From Actinomycetes bacterium (GTDB lineage: Bacteria > Actinomycetota > Acidimicrobiia > Acidimicrobiales > VFJN01): a stretch of 24,000 nucleotides of DNA. Where the stretch lies: contig JANOQG010000062.1 of NCBI GenBank assembly GCA_031422255.1, positions 12,032 through 36,031 on the forward strand. Reading direction: 5' to 3'. The first letter of the stretch is position 1, and each line of letters opens with the position of its first letter. This document shows, one piece after another, positions 14,912 through 22,729 of the stretch. Below the pieces are notes generated by a model. The model was not told where the DNA came from and made no database searches. It saw only the letters and a program-made list of their open reading frames with translations. The translations under genes and the position numbers were made by a program.

Positions 14912-15577
14912 CTACGCGGGGATGGCCTGGGGGCTCACGTGCACCGGGGTGACGCGAGCCTCCTCGAGCTCCGCATCGGTGAAGCGATCGATGCGGCGTG
15001 ACGCCGTTCCCCAACGGCGCTCGGTGAGGATGCGGGCGAGGCGGGCGTCGCTGGCGGCGTAGGCGTGGAGGGCCTCGTTGGAGAGGTCGTGGATGCGCGT
15101 GCGGTCGACCTCGATGGGCGAGAGGCCCACGAACCGTGCGATCGACTTCAGGGAGCAGGAGATCTTCAGCGCTGGGCCGACATCGCCGCGGTAGAGCTGG
15201 TAGGCGTCGATGTGGCCATGGTCGAACCAGCTCGCACGGTAGGCGCCGCGATGACCTGGGAGCGGCGCTCGGTGCATTGTGAGGTCGCGGTCATGGCGGA
15301 TCCGCAGGCCCAGGTCGAGGCCGTGGAGGGCGGCGCGGTCAGCGATGAACGGGAGATCGAACGCCGCGCCGTTCCAGGTGGCGATCACGCCTGGTTCGAG
15401 TCGGCTGAGCCGGTGGTCGAGGTCGAGGAGGAGCCGTGCTTCAGGGCCGGTGAAGACCTCTTCGTACCCGGGGGCAGCGAGCGCAACCGTGACCACGGCG
15501 GCGACACGAGGGTCGAGTCCGTTCACCGTCGTGTCCGTCTCGATGTCGAGCCCGTAGACGGCCGGTCGCTGACGCAT
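14912..15577 (-). CDS. stand-alone DEDDy 3'-5' exonuclease (PolB-type exonuclease / RNase H-like fold)
   Basis: Exo I is YGLDIETD, Exo II is WNGAAFDLPFI, and Exo III is YAASDARLA (YxxxD). ATG 15577 is preceded by G-rich gcgggggg. An alternative GTG lies at 15616. Confidence 0.7.
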   Translation of the reverse strand: MRQRPAVYGLDIETDTTVNGLDPRVAAVVTVALAAPGYEEVFTGPEARLLLDLDHRLSRLEPGVIATWNGAAFDLPFIADRAALHGLDLGLRIRHDRDLTMHRAPLPGHRGAYRASWFDHGHIDAYQLYRGDVGPALKISCSLKSIARFVGLSPIEVDRTRIHDLSNEALHAYAASDARLARILTERRWGTASRRIDRFTDAELEEARVTPVHVSPQAIPA

Positions 15578-15649
15578 CTGAACCCCCCGCACGTCGCCGA
15601 TTGTGCCGGACACCACCGTAGGAACTGGGGTTGCGGCCCTGGTGGATGG

Positions 15650-16396
15650 TCAACCAAGCCCGGGGATGGGAAGGCGGGTGAGCGAGCGAAGTCGGCGTGC
15701 GAGGTGGGGCGTGAGGGGCTCGTCTACTTCGTCGAGCTGGAACGTCACGGCCAGCTCGCCGTCGCCGGGGCGCACCTCCGTGATCCTTGCGCCCTTCGGC
15801 AACGGGGGGAGGGGGAGGTAGCCGCGAAAGAAGCGGACCAGCGGTGCGGGGAGACCCACGATGGTCATGCGCTTGGGCGCGAGCTGCAGGAAGCGGCCCG
15901 TCACCTCGAGGTCGGCGAGCGTCTCGCTCATCCTGATGCCCCGGATCCCGGTGGTGACCACCACTCCGTCTTTGGTCAGCAGGACGCGAATCGGTAGATG
16001 GGCGGTTCGCGTCCATCGGTCGACGTTCTCCTGGCTCACATACGCACGGAGGCCGACAGGCCCCGCATGGAGCCGGGGTGGGAAGCCGGGAACTACCCGC
16101 ACGTGCTCACCGCGCAGCACGATGCGGTCGAGCACGAGGCCAGCGGCCAGGACTGCTGGCACCTCGATCTTGACGACGTCGAGTTCGCCGCGAAGGAGGC
16201 CGGAGGGTGTTGCCTTGACGCGCGGGCGGATCGGATGGTCGAGCAGGCGCGACGACGTAGCGTCGACCAACGCCAGGAAGGACGCGATGAGTGCAGGGTC
16301 GTCGTCAAGCGTTGGCGCGGCTGTGGCGAGGAGCTCAGGGTCGTCGACCAGCCCGAAGGTGCCGGCGACGTCGTCGTCGGCAGGGGGCTCATCCAT
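15650..16396 (-). CDS. hypothetical protein, possibly DUF2993/LmeA-like beta-rich fold, with an acidic N-terminus and no TM segment
   Basis: Alternating hydrophobic beta-strand patterns (LLRGELDVVKIEVPAVLAAGLVLDRIVLRGEHVRV; LADLEVTGRFLQLAPKRMTIVGL; GELAVTFQLDEV) resemble DUF2993 repeats. It starts 9 nt after the phoH2 stop. Confidence 0.45.
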   Translation of the reverse strand: MDEPPADDDVAGTFGLVDDPELLATAAPTLDDDPALIASFLALVDATSSRLLDHPIRPRVKATPSGLLRGELDVVKIEVPAVLAAGLVLDRIVLRGEHVRVVPGFPPRLHAGPVGLRAYVSQENVDRWTRTAHLPIRVLLTKDGVVVTTGIRGIRMSETLADLEVTGRFLQLAPKRMTIVGLPAPLVRFFRGYLPLPPLPKGARITEVRPGDGELAVTFQLDEVDEPLTPHLARRLRSLTRLPIPGLG

Positions 16397-16405
16397 GGGG
16401 AAGGT

Positions 16406-17788
16406 CTACAGGCGAAGTGCGGCGAGCGATGCCACCTCGGACCGCTCGCAGTGCGAGAGGCGGATGTGGCCGAAGAGCCGCTCGCCCCCGAAGGCATCGA
16501 TCAGCACCGACACCGCGTTGTTGTGCTCGGACAGGTAGGGCGCGTCGATCTGGCTCGTGTCGCCCGTGAACACGACCTTGGTGCCCTCGCCCACGCGGGT
16601 GAGGATCGTCTTCAGCGTGGTGGGCTCAAGGTTCTGCGCTTCGTCCACGAGGACGTACGTGCCGTGCAGCGACCGGCCCCGGAGGTAGGTGACGGCCTCC
16701 AGCGAGAGCTTGTCGCGTTCGGTCAGCTCCTCGAGCACCGCTCGGGCATCGGCGTGGCTGCGACGCTCGGTCAGTGCGACGAGCGCATCGTGCACGGCCG
16801 TCATCCACGGGTTGAGCTTTTCGTCGAGCGTGCCGGGCAGGAACCCGAGCTCGGCCTTTCCCACGGGCACCACCGGTCGGTAGACGGCGACCTTGTCGTA
16901 CAGGCCGACCTCCATCACCTGCTCCAGCCCGGCGGCGAGGGCGAGGAGCGTCTTGCCGGTACCGGCTATGCCGTCGAGGGCGACGATGCGCACCTCAGGA
17001 TCCAGCAGGAGGTCCAGTGCGAACTGCTGCTCCTTCGAGCGCGGGTGCAGCCCCCACGGCTCGGGCACCCGCTGCATCGGCTCGAGCTCGCCGTCGACGT
17101 GACGCACGAGGGCTGACTGGCTGCCGGCCCGTAGAACTGCATAGCGGTCGGTGAGCTGCTCGCTCACCGTGAGGATGTCGCGTGCGTCGAGCTCAGCGAT
17201 CCCCATCGGCCCGTGGTGGGCGTAGAGGAGGTCCACAGTGGCGGGGGTGACCTCGATCGTGGTCCAACCCACCGGGCGATCGAACGAGCCGCGCCCGCGA
17301 ATGCGTTGGTGCTCCATTGCCTCGAGACCGAGCTGGGCGGCCTTGATCCGGAGCGCGGCATCGTTGGACACCACCACCGTTCGTCCATGGACTGCCTGCC
17401 CGAGCGATGCAGCGAGGATGCGGTTGTCGTTCTTCGTCGGGTCGAGGCCGTGCTCGCGGATCTCGTTGAGGTGCAGGCCGTTCGTCTCGACCCGCAGGGT
17501 GCCGCCACTGGGCAGGGGCACGGGCGTACGAATGTCGCCGCCGTTGGCCACGCGCAGCTCCTCGATCGCCCGGATCACGGCCCGCGCTGCTCGCCCGACG
17601 TCATCCATCCGGGTCTTGTGCTGGTCGAGCTCCTCGACCACCACCAGCGGAATGACCGTGTCAGCCCCTGGAAAGGCCGTGAGCGAATCCGGATCAGAGA
17701 TGAGCACCGACGTGTCGAGCACCATCCGCACGGCGATGGTGGAAGCGGACGCGCTGGCGCGCGCCTGGTCGGCGAGGAGATCGGTCAA
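16406..17788 (-). CDS. phoH2: PhoH2: N-terminal PIN nuclease domain fused to a PhoH-like ATPase
   Basis: PIN domain: MVLDTSVLISDP...VIPLVVVEELD...NDNRILA. PhoH domain: Walker A LDGIAGTGKTLLA, Walker B YVLVDEAQN, and VFTGDTSQID. The ORF is open to 17998, but third-position G/C drops upstream of TTG 17788 (GGGGG SD 4 nt upstream). ATG 17725 is the conservative alternative start. Confidence 0.85.
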   Translation of the reverse strand: MTDLLADQARASASASTIAVRMVLDTSVLISDPDSLTAFPGADTVIPLVVVEELDQHKTRMDDVGRAARAVIRAIEELRVANGGDIRTPVPLPSGGTLRVETNGLHLNEIREHGLDPTKNDNRILAASLGQAVHGRTVVVSNDAALRIKAAQLGLEAMEHQRIRGRGSFDRPVGWTTIEVTPATVDLLYAHHGPMGIAELDARDILTVSEQLTDRYAVLRAGSQSALVRHVDGELEPMQRVPEPWGLHPRSKEQQFALDLLLDPEVRIVALDGIAGTGKTLLALAAGLEQVMEVGLYDKVAVYRPVVPVGKAELGFLPGTLDEKLNPWMTAVHDALVALTERRSHADARAVLEELTERDKLSLEAVTYLRGRSLHGTYVLVDEAQNLEPTTLKTILTRVGEGTKVVFTGDTSQIDAPYLSEHNNAVSVLIDAFGGERLFGHIRLSHCERSEVASLAALRL

Positions 17789-18023
17789 GGAGCCCCCAAA
17801 GGGTGGGATAGGCGGTTGGACAGGAGGTGCAAGCGGGCCGTCGTCCGGTGCGCCGGTGAGAACCGGTGCGCGTGTGCCTCGGAGGATTGGTTCGCCCGCT
17901 GGGTCACCGCTGCTCAGTGAACCCCACTGCGCGCGGTGGGTGGGGGATGGACCTCGTGACCTGCTGGTATGCAGCCAGATCCTGCGCCGGGCACGCACCC
18001 CGGCGACGACGACGCGTGCGGGG

Positions 18024-18371
18024 CTAGCTCAGCGGAGGGTTGCCGATAGGCGGGGGCGTGTGGCGGTCATCGGTCCAACCCGTCCCGTTCCACCAGCGCA
18101 GACCGCCTCCCGGCTCCGGGTACCAGCCAGGCGCTGGGGCCGGAATCCGACCGGCCGCTGCAAGGACCTCAGAGCGCTTGGCGAACAACCAGACGAGGGC
18201 GCCGACGATCTGCAGCAGCGCGACGATGATGATCCACATCGTCTTCTCAGTCCCCGCGGCTCGGAACTGCTGATCGGGGATGCGGATGACCTCGACGAGG
18301 GCGACGATCCAGTACACGAAGGCACCGAGCCAGAGCCCTAGGAACAGCAGTACGAAGAGTCCGGCCGCCAT
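18024..18371 (-). CDS. small membrane protein with PLDc_N-like TM hairpin and C-terminal DUF2510 motif
   Basis: The TM hairpin reads FVYWIVALVEVIRIPDQQFRAAGTEKTMWIIIVALLQIVGALVWLFAKR. GWYPEPGGGLRWWNGTGWTDD is the DUF2510 signature. The start (ATG 18371, or GTG 18377) lies 10 nt after the methyltransferase stop. Confidence 0.7.
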   Translation of the reverse strand: MAAGLFVLLFLGLWLGAFVYWIVALVEVIRIPDQQFRAAGTEKTMWIIIVALLQIVGALVWLFAKRSEVLAAAGRIPAPAPGWYPEPGGGLRWWNGTGWTDDRHTPPPIGNPPLS

Positions 18372-18381
18372 CGCCACGAGG

Positions 18382-19119
18382 CTATCGGCCCGACTTCCGC
18401 CACACCGAGACGTGCGAGGTGCTCTCCCCGGTGAACGGCGAGCGGTTCCAATCGGACCACCGGTCCTCGAGTGCCATGCCGGCGAGCTGGGCCATGAGGT
18501 CGAGCTCGGACGGCCACACATAGCGAAAGGGTGTCCTGACCTCGCGCAGGCCTGACTCGCCAGTGATGAAGTGGTGCGAGGTGGCCTGTTGGGCCACGAG
18601 GTCGGTGTAGCGGTCGTACCCCACGTAGCCCGGGGCGTGAGAGAACACACGAGCGTCCTCACCCGGAGGCAAGCGACGCAGATCGGGCACGCCGACCTCG
18701 ATCACGAAGCAGCCGCCAGGCTCGAGGTGGGCGGCCGCGTTGGCGAAGCAAGCCACTTGCTGATCCTGGGTGGTCAGGTTGCCGATCGTGTTGAACACCA
18801 GGTAGGCGAGGCTGAAGCTGCCGGGGACGCGAGTGGTCGCCATGTCGCCCATCGTCACCTCGACTCGACGCTCGGGGTCCTTGGTGCGGAGACGATCGGC
18901 CATCGCGGTGGAGAGCTCGATCCCGGCAACGCGCACGCCTCGTTCTGCGAGCGGCAAGGCAATGCGCCCGGTGCCCACGGCGAACTCGAGCGCCGCGCCT
19001 TCGGCCGCTAGCTCCGTGAGCACGTCTACCGTCGAACCGACCCCCGCGGCATCGAACATCGAGTCGGAGTCAGCGTCGTAGCGCGCGGCGACGTCCTCGC
19101 CGAAGTGATCCTGGGGCAC
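18382..19119 (-). CDS. class I SAM-dependent methyltransferase
   Basis: Motif I is ALEFAVGTGRIALPLA, followed by RVAGIELS and the post-I/II pattern FSLAYLVFNTIGNL...LEPGGCFVIE. The start is GTG at 19119. Confidence 0.85.
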   Translation of the reverse strand: MPQDHFGEDVAARYDADSDSMFDAAGVGSTVDVLTELAAEGAALEFAVGTGRIALPLAERGVRVAGIELSTAMADRLRTKDPERRVEVTMGDMATTRVPGSFSLAYLVFNTIGNLTTQDQQVACFANAAAHLEPGGCFVIEVGVPDLRRLPPGEDARVFSHAPGYVGYDRYTDLVAQQATSHHFITGESGLREVRTPFRYVWPSELDLMAQLAGMALEDRWSDWNRSPFTGESTSHVSVWRKSGR

Positions 19120-19243
19120 TGCCGCACCCTTGCATGCTCGCCCGCGCCGTGCCCAACGAGTTCATCAACGGCGCCAGAGGACGGCCGAGCACAACGGAAG
19201 GCCAACTCGGTTTGAGACGGTGTTCGCGGGGATGACGAGCCGC

Positions 19244-20656
19244 TCAGGCAGCCTGTTGGGCGGTCTTGAGGAGCACGGCGATCCCATTGAGCATCTCCTC
19301 GAGCAGACGTTCCACGTCGGGTACGAGGTCAGGACAGGCAATGATCCCGATGTTCATCTCGTCGGAGCTCGACAGCACGGTTACGTTCAGTCCGGTGCCC
19401 TCCATCAGCGGGCCGAACGGGAACATGGCCACCACCTTGGCACCGGCCAGGTACAGGGGCAGTGGCGATCCCATGACGTTGGACACGACCAGGTTGTGAA
19501 TCGGTGCGAGCCGGTTGGCCAGCCGAGCCTGCGAGTACAGCCTGGTTGCAAGATGAAGCACCGCCGCCGGGATCATCTCGACCACGTCGCGGATCATGTC
19601 GGCGCCAACGGAGTCCTGAACCTCCTTGGCCCCGAGGCTGCTGTCGTGGATGGCCATCAGCTGCTGCACGGGATCAGCCAAGTGGACTGGGAGGCTCACG
19701 AACATGGTTGACAGCTGGTTGGTCGCGCGATCCCCGCCGTCTCGCCCATGTGTGGAGACCGGAACCGAGCACACGAGCGCGTGATCCGGAACTCCTCCGT
19801 TCGCCTCCAGGTGGATGCGCAGCCCATAGGTGCACGCGGCCAGCACGACATCGTTGATCGTGACGTCGAAAGCACGCCGAACGGTCTTGAAATCCTCCAG
19901 GGGAGCGAGACCGAACGCCACCACCCGGTCGGCCGAGACCGACGAGTTGAATTTCGTGCGCGGAGCGTTGAGCGGATGAGCCACAGCGTCGCCACCGCCA
20001 CGTCGACGTCGGATCGTGGTACCGGCTAGCTGGAGAAGCGACGATGCCACCCCCACCGCGGCGCGTAGCGGCCGCAATGGGCTGGTGACCCTGCTCCATG
20101 TGGCGGCGGCGATCACGGCCGGCGTGCTCGGCGGCGCCTGAGGCTCCCAGCTCGACGTCACTCGCTGCGGCTCGGGGCTGGGCGTGAGATCAAGCAGGCT
20201 CGCCATGACGTCCATCCCTGAGACACCGTCCGCGAGGCAGTGGTGCATCTTCAGGACGATCGCCACCCGGCCGTCGTCGAGCCCCTCAACCAGGACCAGG
20301 TCCCACAGCGGCCGGGTGCGGTCGAGCTTGGTGCCAGCGATCTGGCCGACGAAGGCGGCGACCTCGTCCATGGAGCCCTGGCCGGCCAGGGAGTGACGGT
20401 GTACGTGGTTGCCCAGGGCAAAGGCCACGTCCTCGATCCAGCACGGGTGGTCGATCGCGAGAGGCGCCTCGACCAGCCGCTGCCGAAGCATCGGCATGAC
20501 ATCGAGGCGGCTCGTGATGTGGCGGCTGAGCTTCTGGAACGAGAACCCCCCGGGCGCGGTCGACGGGTCGAGCACCAACAGACCCGTCACGTGCATGTGC
20601 ACGGTGGGACCCTCCAGATAGAGGAACCAGGCGTCTTCAGGCGTCAGCCTCTCCAT
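19244..20656 (-). CDS. wax ester synthase / diacylglycerol acyltransferase (WS/DGAT)
   Basis: The catalytic motif is HHCLADGVSG (HHxxxDG). The N-terminus is MERLTPEDAWFLYLE and the C-terminal block is NLVVSNVMGSPLPLYLAGA. ATG 20656 has GAAAGGG 6 nt upstream. GTG 20671 in the ORF track is probably part of the leader. Confidence 0.9.
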   Translation of the reverse strand: MERLTPEDAWFLYLEGPTVHMHVTGLLVLDPSTAPGGFSFQKLSRHITSRLDVMPMLRQRLVEAPLAIDHPCWIEDVAFALGNHVHRHSLAGQGSMDEVAAFVGQIAGTKLDRTRPLWDLVLVEGLDDGRVAIVLKMHHCLADGVSGMDVMASLLDLTPSPEPQRVTSSWEPQAPPSTPAVIAAATWSRVTSPLRPLRAAVGVASSLLQLAGTTIRRRRGGGDAVAHPLNAPRTKFNSSVSADRVVAFGLAPLEDFKTVRRAFDVTINDVVLAACTYGLRIHLEANGGVPDHALVCSVPVSTHGRDGGDRATNQLSTMFVSLPVHLADPVQQLMAIHDSSLGAKEVQDSVGADMIRDVVEMIPAAVLHLATRLYSQARLANRLAPIHNLVVSNVMGSPLPLYLAGAKVVAMFPFGPLMEGTGLNVTVLSSSDEMNIGIIACPDLVPDVERLLEEMLNGIAVLLKTAQQAA

Positions 20657-20722
20657 GGCAACCCTTTCCACCCTCTACTTGTCTCCCAGCCGCATCTCGA
20701 GCGACAGGGCCGAAGGTCACAT

Positions 20723-20746
20723 CTCAGCGACGAGGACGTCGCTGAG
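20723..20746. promoter_or_regulatory. perfect 10-4-10 palindrome in the WS/DGAT-nirK divergent region
   Basis: CTCAGCGACG-AGGA-CGTCGCTGAG lies 67 nt from the WS/DGAT start and 107 nt from the nirK-like start. Confidence 0.35.
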
Positions 20747-20779
20747 CTGTGGCCTGAGCATGATCAGCAGAAGCCGTGT

Positions 20780-20813
20780 CGGGACCTTTGGCACCCCGCA
20801 GCGGGACCGTGGG
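20780..20813 (+). promoter_or_regulatory. direct repeat pair CGGGACCNTNGG with 22-bp phasing upstream of the nirK-like gene
   Basis: CGGGACCTTTGG (20780-20791) and CGGGACCGTGGG (20802-20813) are identical at 10 of 12 positions and start two helical turns apart. Confidence 0.3.
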
Positions 20814-20835
20814 CCCTGCCGATGACGGTCCGCTC

Positions 20836-20852
20836 GGCGTCATGGTGACGCC
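20836..20852 (+). promoter_or_regulatory. perfect 7-3-7 palindrome/hairpin abutting the nirK-like start codon
   Basis: GGCGTCA-TGG-TGACGCC ends at 20852, immediately before ATG 20853. It occupies the position where an SD would be expected. Confidence 0.3.
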
Positions 20853-22235
20853 ATGTCACCAGGAGCGATCGACGAGAAGACCAAGCAACCCAACGCGATC
20901 TGGGTGGTGGTCATGCCGGCCGTCGCGGTGCTCGCCACCATGGCCATCGCAATCCTCGCCGTGGTCGTGACGGTCGGCAGCGATGACGGCGCGGGCACGA
21001 CGACGGCCGGTGAGCCGATGACCGTCGACGTCGAGCTGGGCGAGTTCTACGTCAAGCCCGCCACGATCACGGTGCCGGCCGGCACCGTGCTCACACTCCG
21101 CGTGACGAACGCAGGCGCGATGCCGCACGACCTCAAGCTGGCAGACGGCGCCACCGGCACGAAGCTCTTGGATGCAGGCGCAAGTGAGGAGGTCTCCTTC
21201 GGAGTGATGGCGTCGTCTGCCGAGGCGTGGTGCACCGTCCCCGGTCACAAGGAGGCAGGCATGGTGCTCGCGATCGAGGTGACGGGAGACGCATCCAGCG
21301 CAGGCGGCGGGGTGCCAGACGGTCAGGCCACGGGGGCCACCATCGACTTCACTGCCGAGCCGGGCCCCGACTTCCTTCCCTTCGACCCGGCCCTGAAGCC
21401 GGCCCCCGGAGGCACGGAGCACAAGGTCACCATGCACGCGACCGAGAAGGTCATTGAGGTTGCCCCCGGGGTCACCCAGGAGCTGTGGACGTTCAACGAC
21501 CAGGTGCCGGGTCCCATCCTGCGCGGTCGTGTCGGCGACATCTTCACGGTGACACTCGTGAACGACGGCACGCTCGGCCATTCGATCGACTTCCATGCGA
21601 GCAAGGTGGCGTGGAACGACGAGATGCGCACGATCGAGCCAGGTGAGTCCCTCATCTACCAGTTCGAGGCCAAGCACGCGGGCATCTTCATGTACCACTG
21701 CGGCACGGCTCCCGCCCTTCACCACATCGGCAACGGCATGTTCGGAGCCCTGATCGTCGACCCCCCTGACCTTCCGGCGGTCGACCACGAGTTCGTGTTC
21801 GTGCAGTCCGAGCTCTACCTGGGCGCCGAGGGCGATCCTGGAGATCTGACCAAGATGCAGGCCGAGGACCACGACGCTGTGGTCTTCAACGGCTATGTCG
21901 ACCAGTACAAGCACGTTCCGATCCGAGTGGAGCCCGGGGACCGGGTCCGGGCCTGGGTGCTCGATGCTGGACCGAACGAGAACTCCGCCTTCCACATCGT
22001 CGGCACGATCTTCGACACCGTGTTCAAGGAAGGCACGTTCATCCTGCGCCCCGACGCAAGGACGGGTGGATCACAAGTGCTCGACCTGCAACCTGCACAG
22101 GGCGGCTTCGTGGAGTTCACCTTCGACGAGGCCGGCCTGTACCCGATCGTGACCCACAAGTTCGCCAACGTGGGCAAGGGAGCGCTCGGCTTGTTCCAGG
22201 CGGGCGACGCAGCGACCACCGACGCCGGCCACTGA
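20853..22235 (+). CDS. nirK: copper-containing nitrite reductase family protein (NirK-type) with N-terminal TM anchor and extra cupredoxin domain
   Basis: The TM anchor is AIWVVVMPAVAVLATMAIAILAVVVTV. The N-terminal cupredoxin carries type-1 Cu ligands (MPHDL, WCTVPGHKEAGM). The NirK core has GHSIDFH (T2Cu His pair plus Asp), YHCGTAPALHHIGNGMFG (T1Cu Cys/His/Met adjacent to a T2 His), and the C-domain blocks FHIVG and VTHKF. Confidence 0.8.
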   Translation: MSPGAIDEKTKQPNAIWVVVMPAVAVLATMAIAILAVVVTVGSDDGAGTTTAGEPMTVDVELGEFYVKPATITVPAGTVLTLRVTNAGAMPHDLKLADGATGTKLLDAGASEEVSFGVMASSAEAWCTVPGHKEAGMVLAIEVTGDASSAGGGVPDGQATGATIDFTAEPGPDFLPFDPALKPAPGGTEHKVTMHATEKVIEVAPGVTQELWTFNDQVPGPILRGRVGDIFTVTLVNDGTLGHSIDFHASKVAWNDEMRTIEPGESLIYQFEAKHAGIFMYHCGTAPALHHIGNGMFGALIVDPPDLPAVDHEFVFVQSELYLGAEGDPGDLTKMQAEDHDAVVFNGYVDQYKHVPIRVEPGDRVRAWVLDAGPNENSAFHIVGTIFDTVFKEGTFILRPDARTGGSQVLDLQPAQGGFVEFTFDEAGLYPIVTHKFANVGKGALGLFQAGDAATTDAGH

Positions 22236-22287
22236 CCGCCCAGCACCAGCAACGCCACATCGCTGGAGGACCTAGCGTCGGTGGCGG

Positions 22288-22707
22288 ATGGCTGCGTGCG
22301 TGTTCTGTTCCATCATCGCCAGGGAGACTCCCGCTCATCTGGTGCTCCACGATCCGATCGCCGCGGCCTTCCTCGACGCTCGGCCGTTGTTCCCAGGGCA
22401 TGTGCTGCTCGTGCCGGTGGCGCACCATGGGACGCTCGCGGACCTGCCGCCGGGTCTGATCGCGCCCTTCTTCGAGCACGTGCAGCGGATGGCAACCGTC
22501 GTGCAGCGCGCGATGGCCGCGGAGGGCACGTTCGTGGCCATGAACAACACGGTCAGTCAGAGCGTGCCGCACCTGCACGTGCACATCGTGCCGCGCACAA
22601 AGGGAGATGGCCTCAAGGGCTTCTTCTGGCCCCGCACCAAGTACCCGACCGAAGCCGATGCCGAGAAGATCGCGGCAACGATCCGCAAGGCGTGGGACTC
22701 AGGCTGA
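22288..22707 (+). CDS. HIT-family (histidine triad) nucleotide hydrolase/transferase
   Basis: It has CVFCSIIA, FPGHVLLVP and the histidine triad VPHLHVHIVPR. Confidence 0.9.
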   Translation: MAACVFCSIIARETPAHLVLHDPIAAAFLDARPLFPGHVLLVPVAHHGTLADLPPGLIAPFFEHVQRMATVVQRAMAAEGTFVAMNNTVSQSVPHLHVHIVPRTKGDGLKGFFWPRTKYPTEADAEKIAATIRKAWDSG

Positions 22708-22729
22708 CCGGGTAGCGCGCCGCGGCCGC

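Noticed and set aside
18018-18095. tRNA-like string on the + strand: starts GCGGGGCTAGCTCAGCGG, is 78 nt long and ends in CCA
   Set aside because: The acceptor arms are not complementary (GCGGGGC versus CCGTTCC). There is no D-stem partner (no GAGC) and no GGTTCGAATCC-type T-arm. The segment is the reverse strand of the well-supported DUF2510 coding region.
15065-18341. Series of long + strand ORFs (15065..15997, 15998..17116, 17238..18341) opposite the exonuclease, DUF2993-like and PhoH2 genes
   Set aside because: All are Arg/Gly/His/Pro-rich shadow ORFs without motifs. The minus-strand products have recognisable PIN, PhoH and DEDDy signatures.
18372-18662. 97-codon extension of the small membrane protein ORF
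   Set aside because: It lies out of frame over the methyltransferase gene's 3' end. The recognisable PLDc_N/DUF2510 protein starts at ATG 18371.
20856-21995. 379-aa ORF antisense to the nirK-like gene; likewise 22607..23842 (+) opposite the hydrolase, 10812..11708 (-) opposite the CoA-transferase, and 13462..14460 (-) out of frame across the LPXTG operon
   Set aside because: These are shadow or out-of-frame ORFs with biased low-complexity composition. The overlapping annotated frames carry the domain motifs and the G/C third-position bias.
22708-22729. GC-rich palindromic GCGGCCGC between the convergent HIT and hydrolase genes, considered as a terminator
   Set aside because: The stem is only 4 bp per arm and has no flanking U-tract, which is too weak to call.
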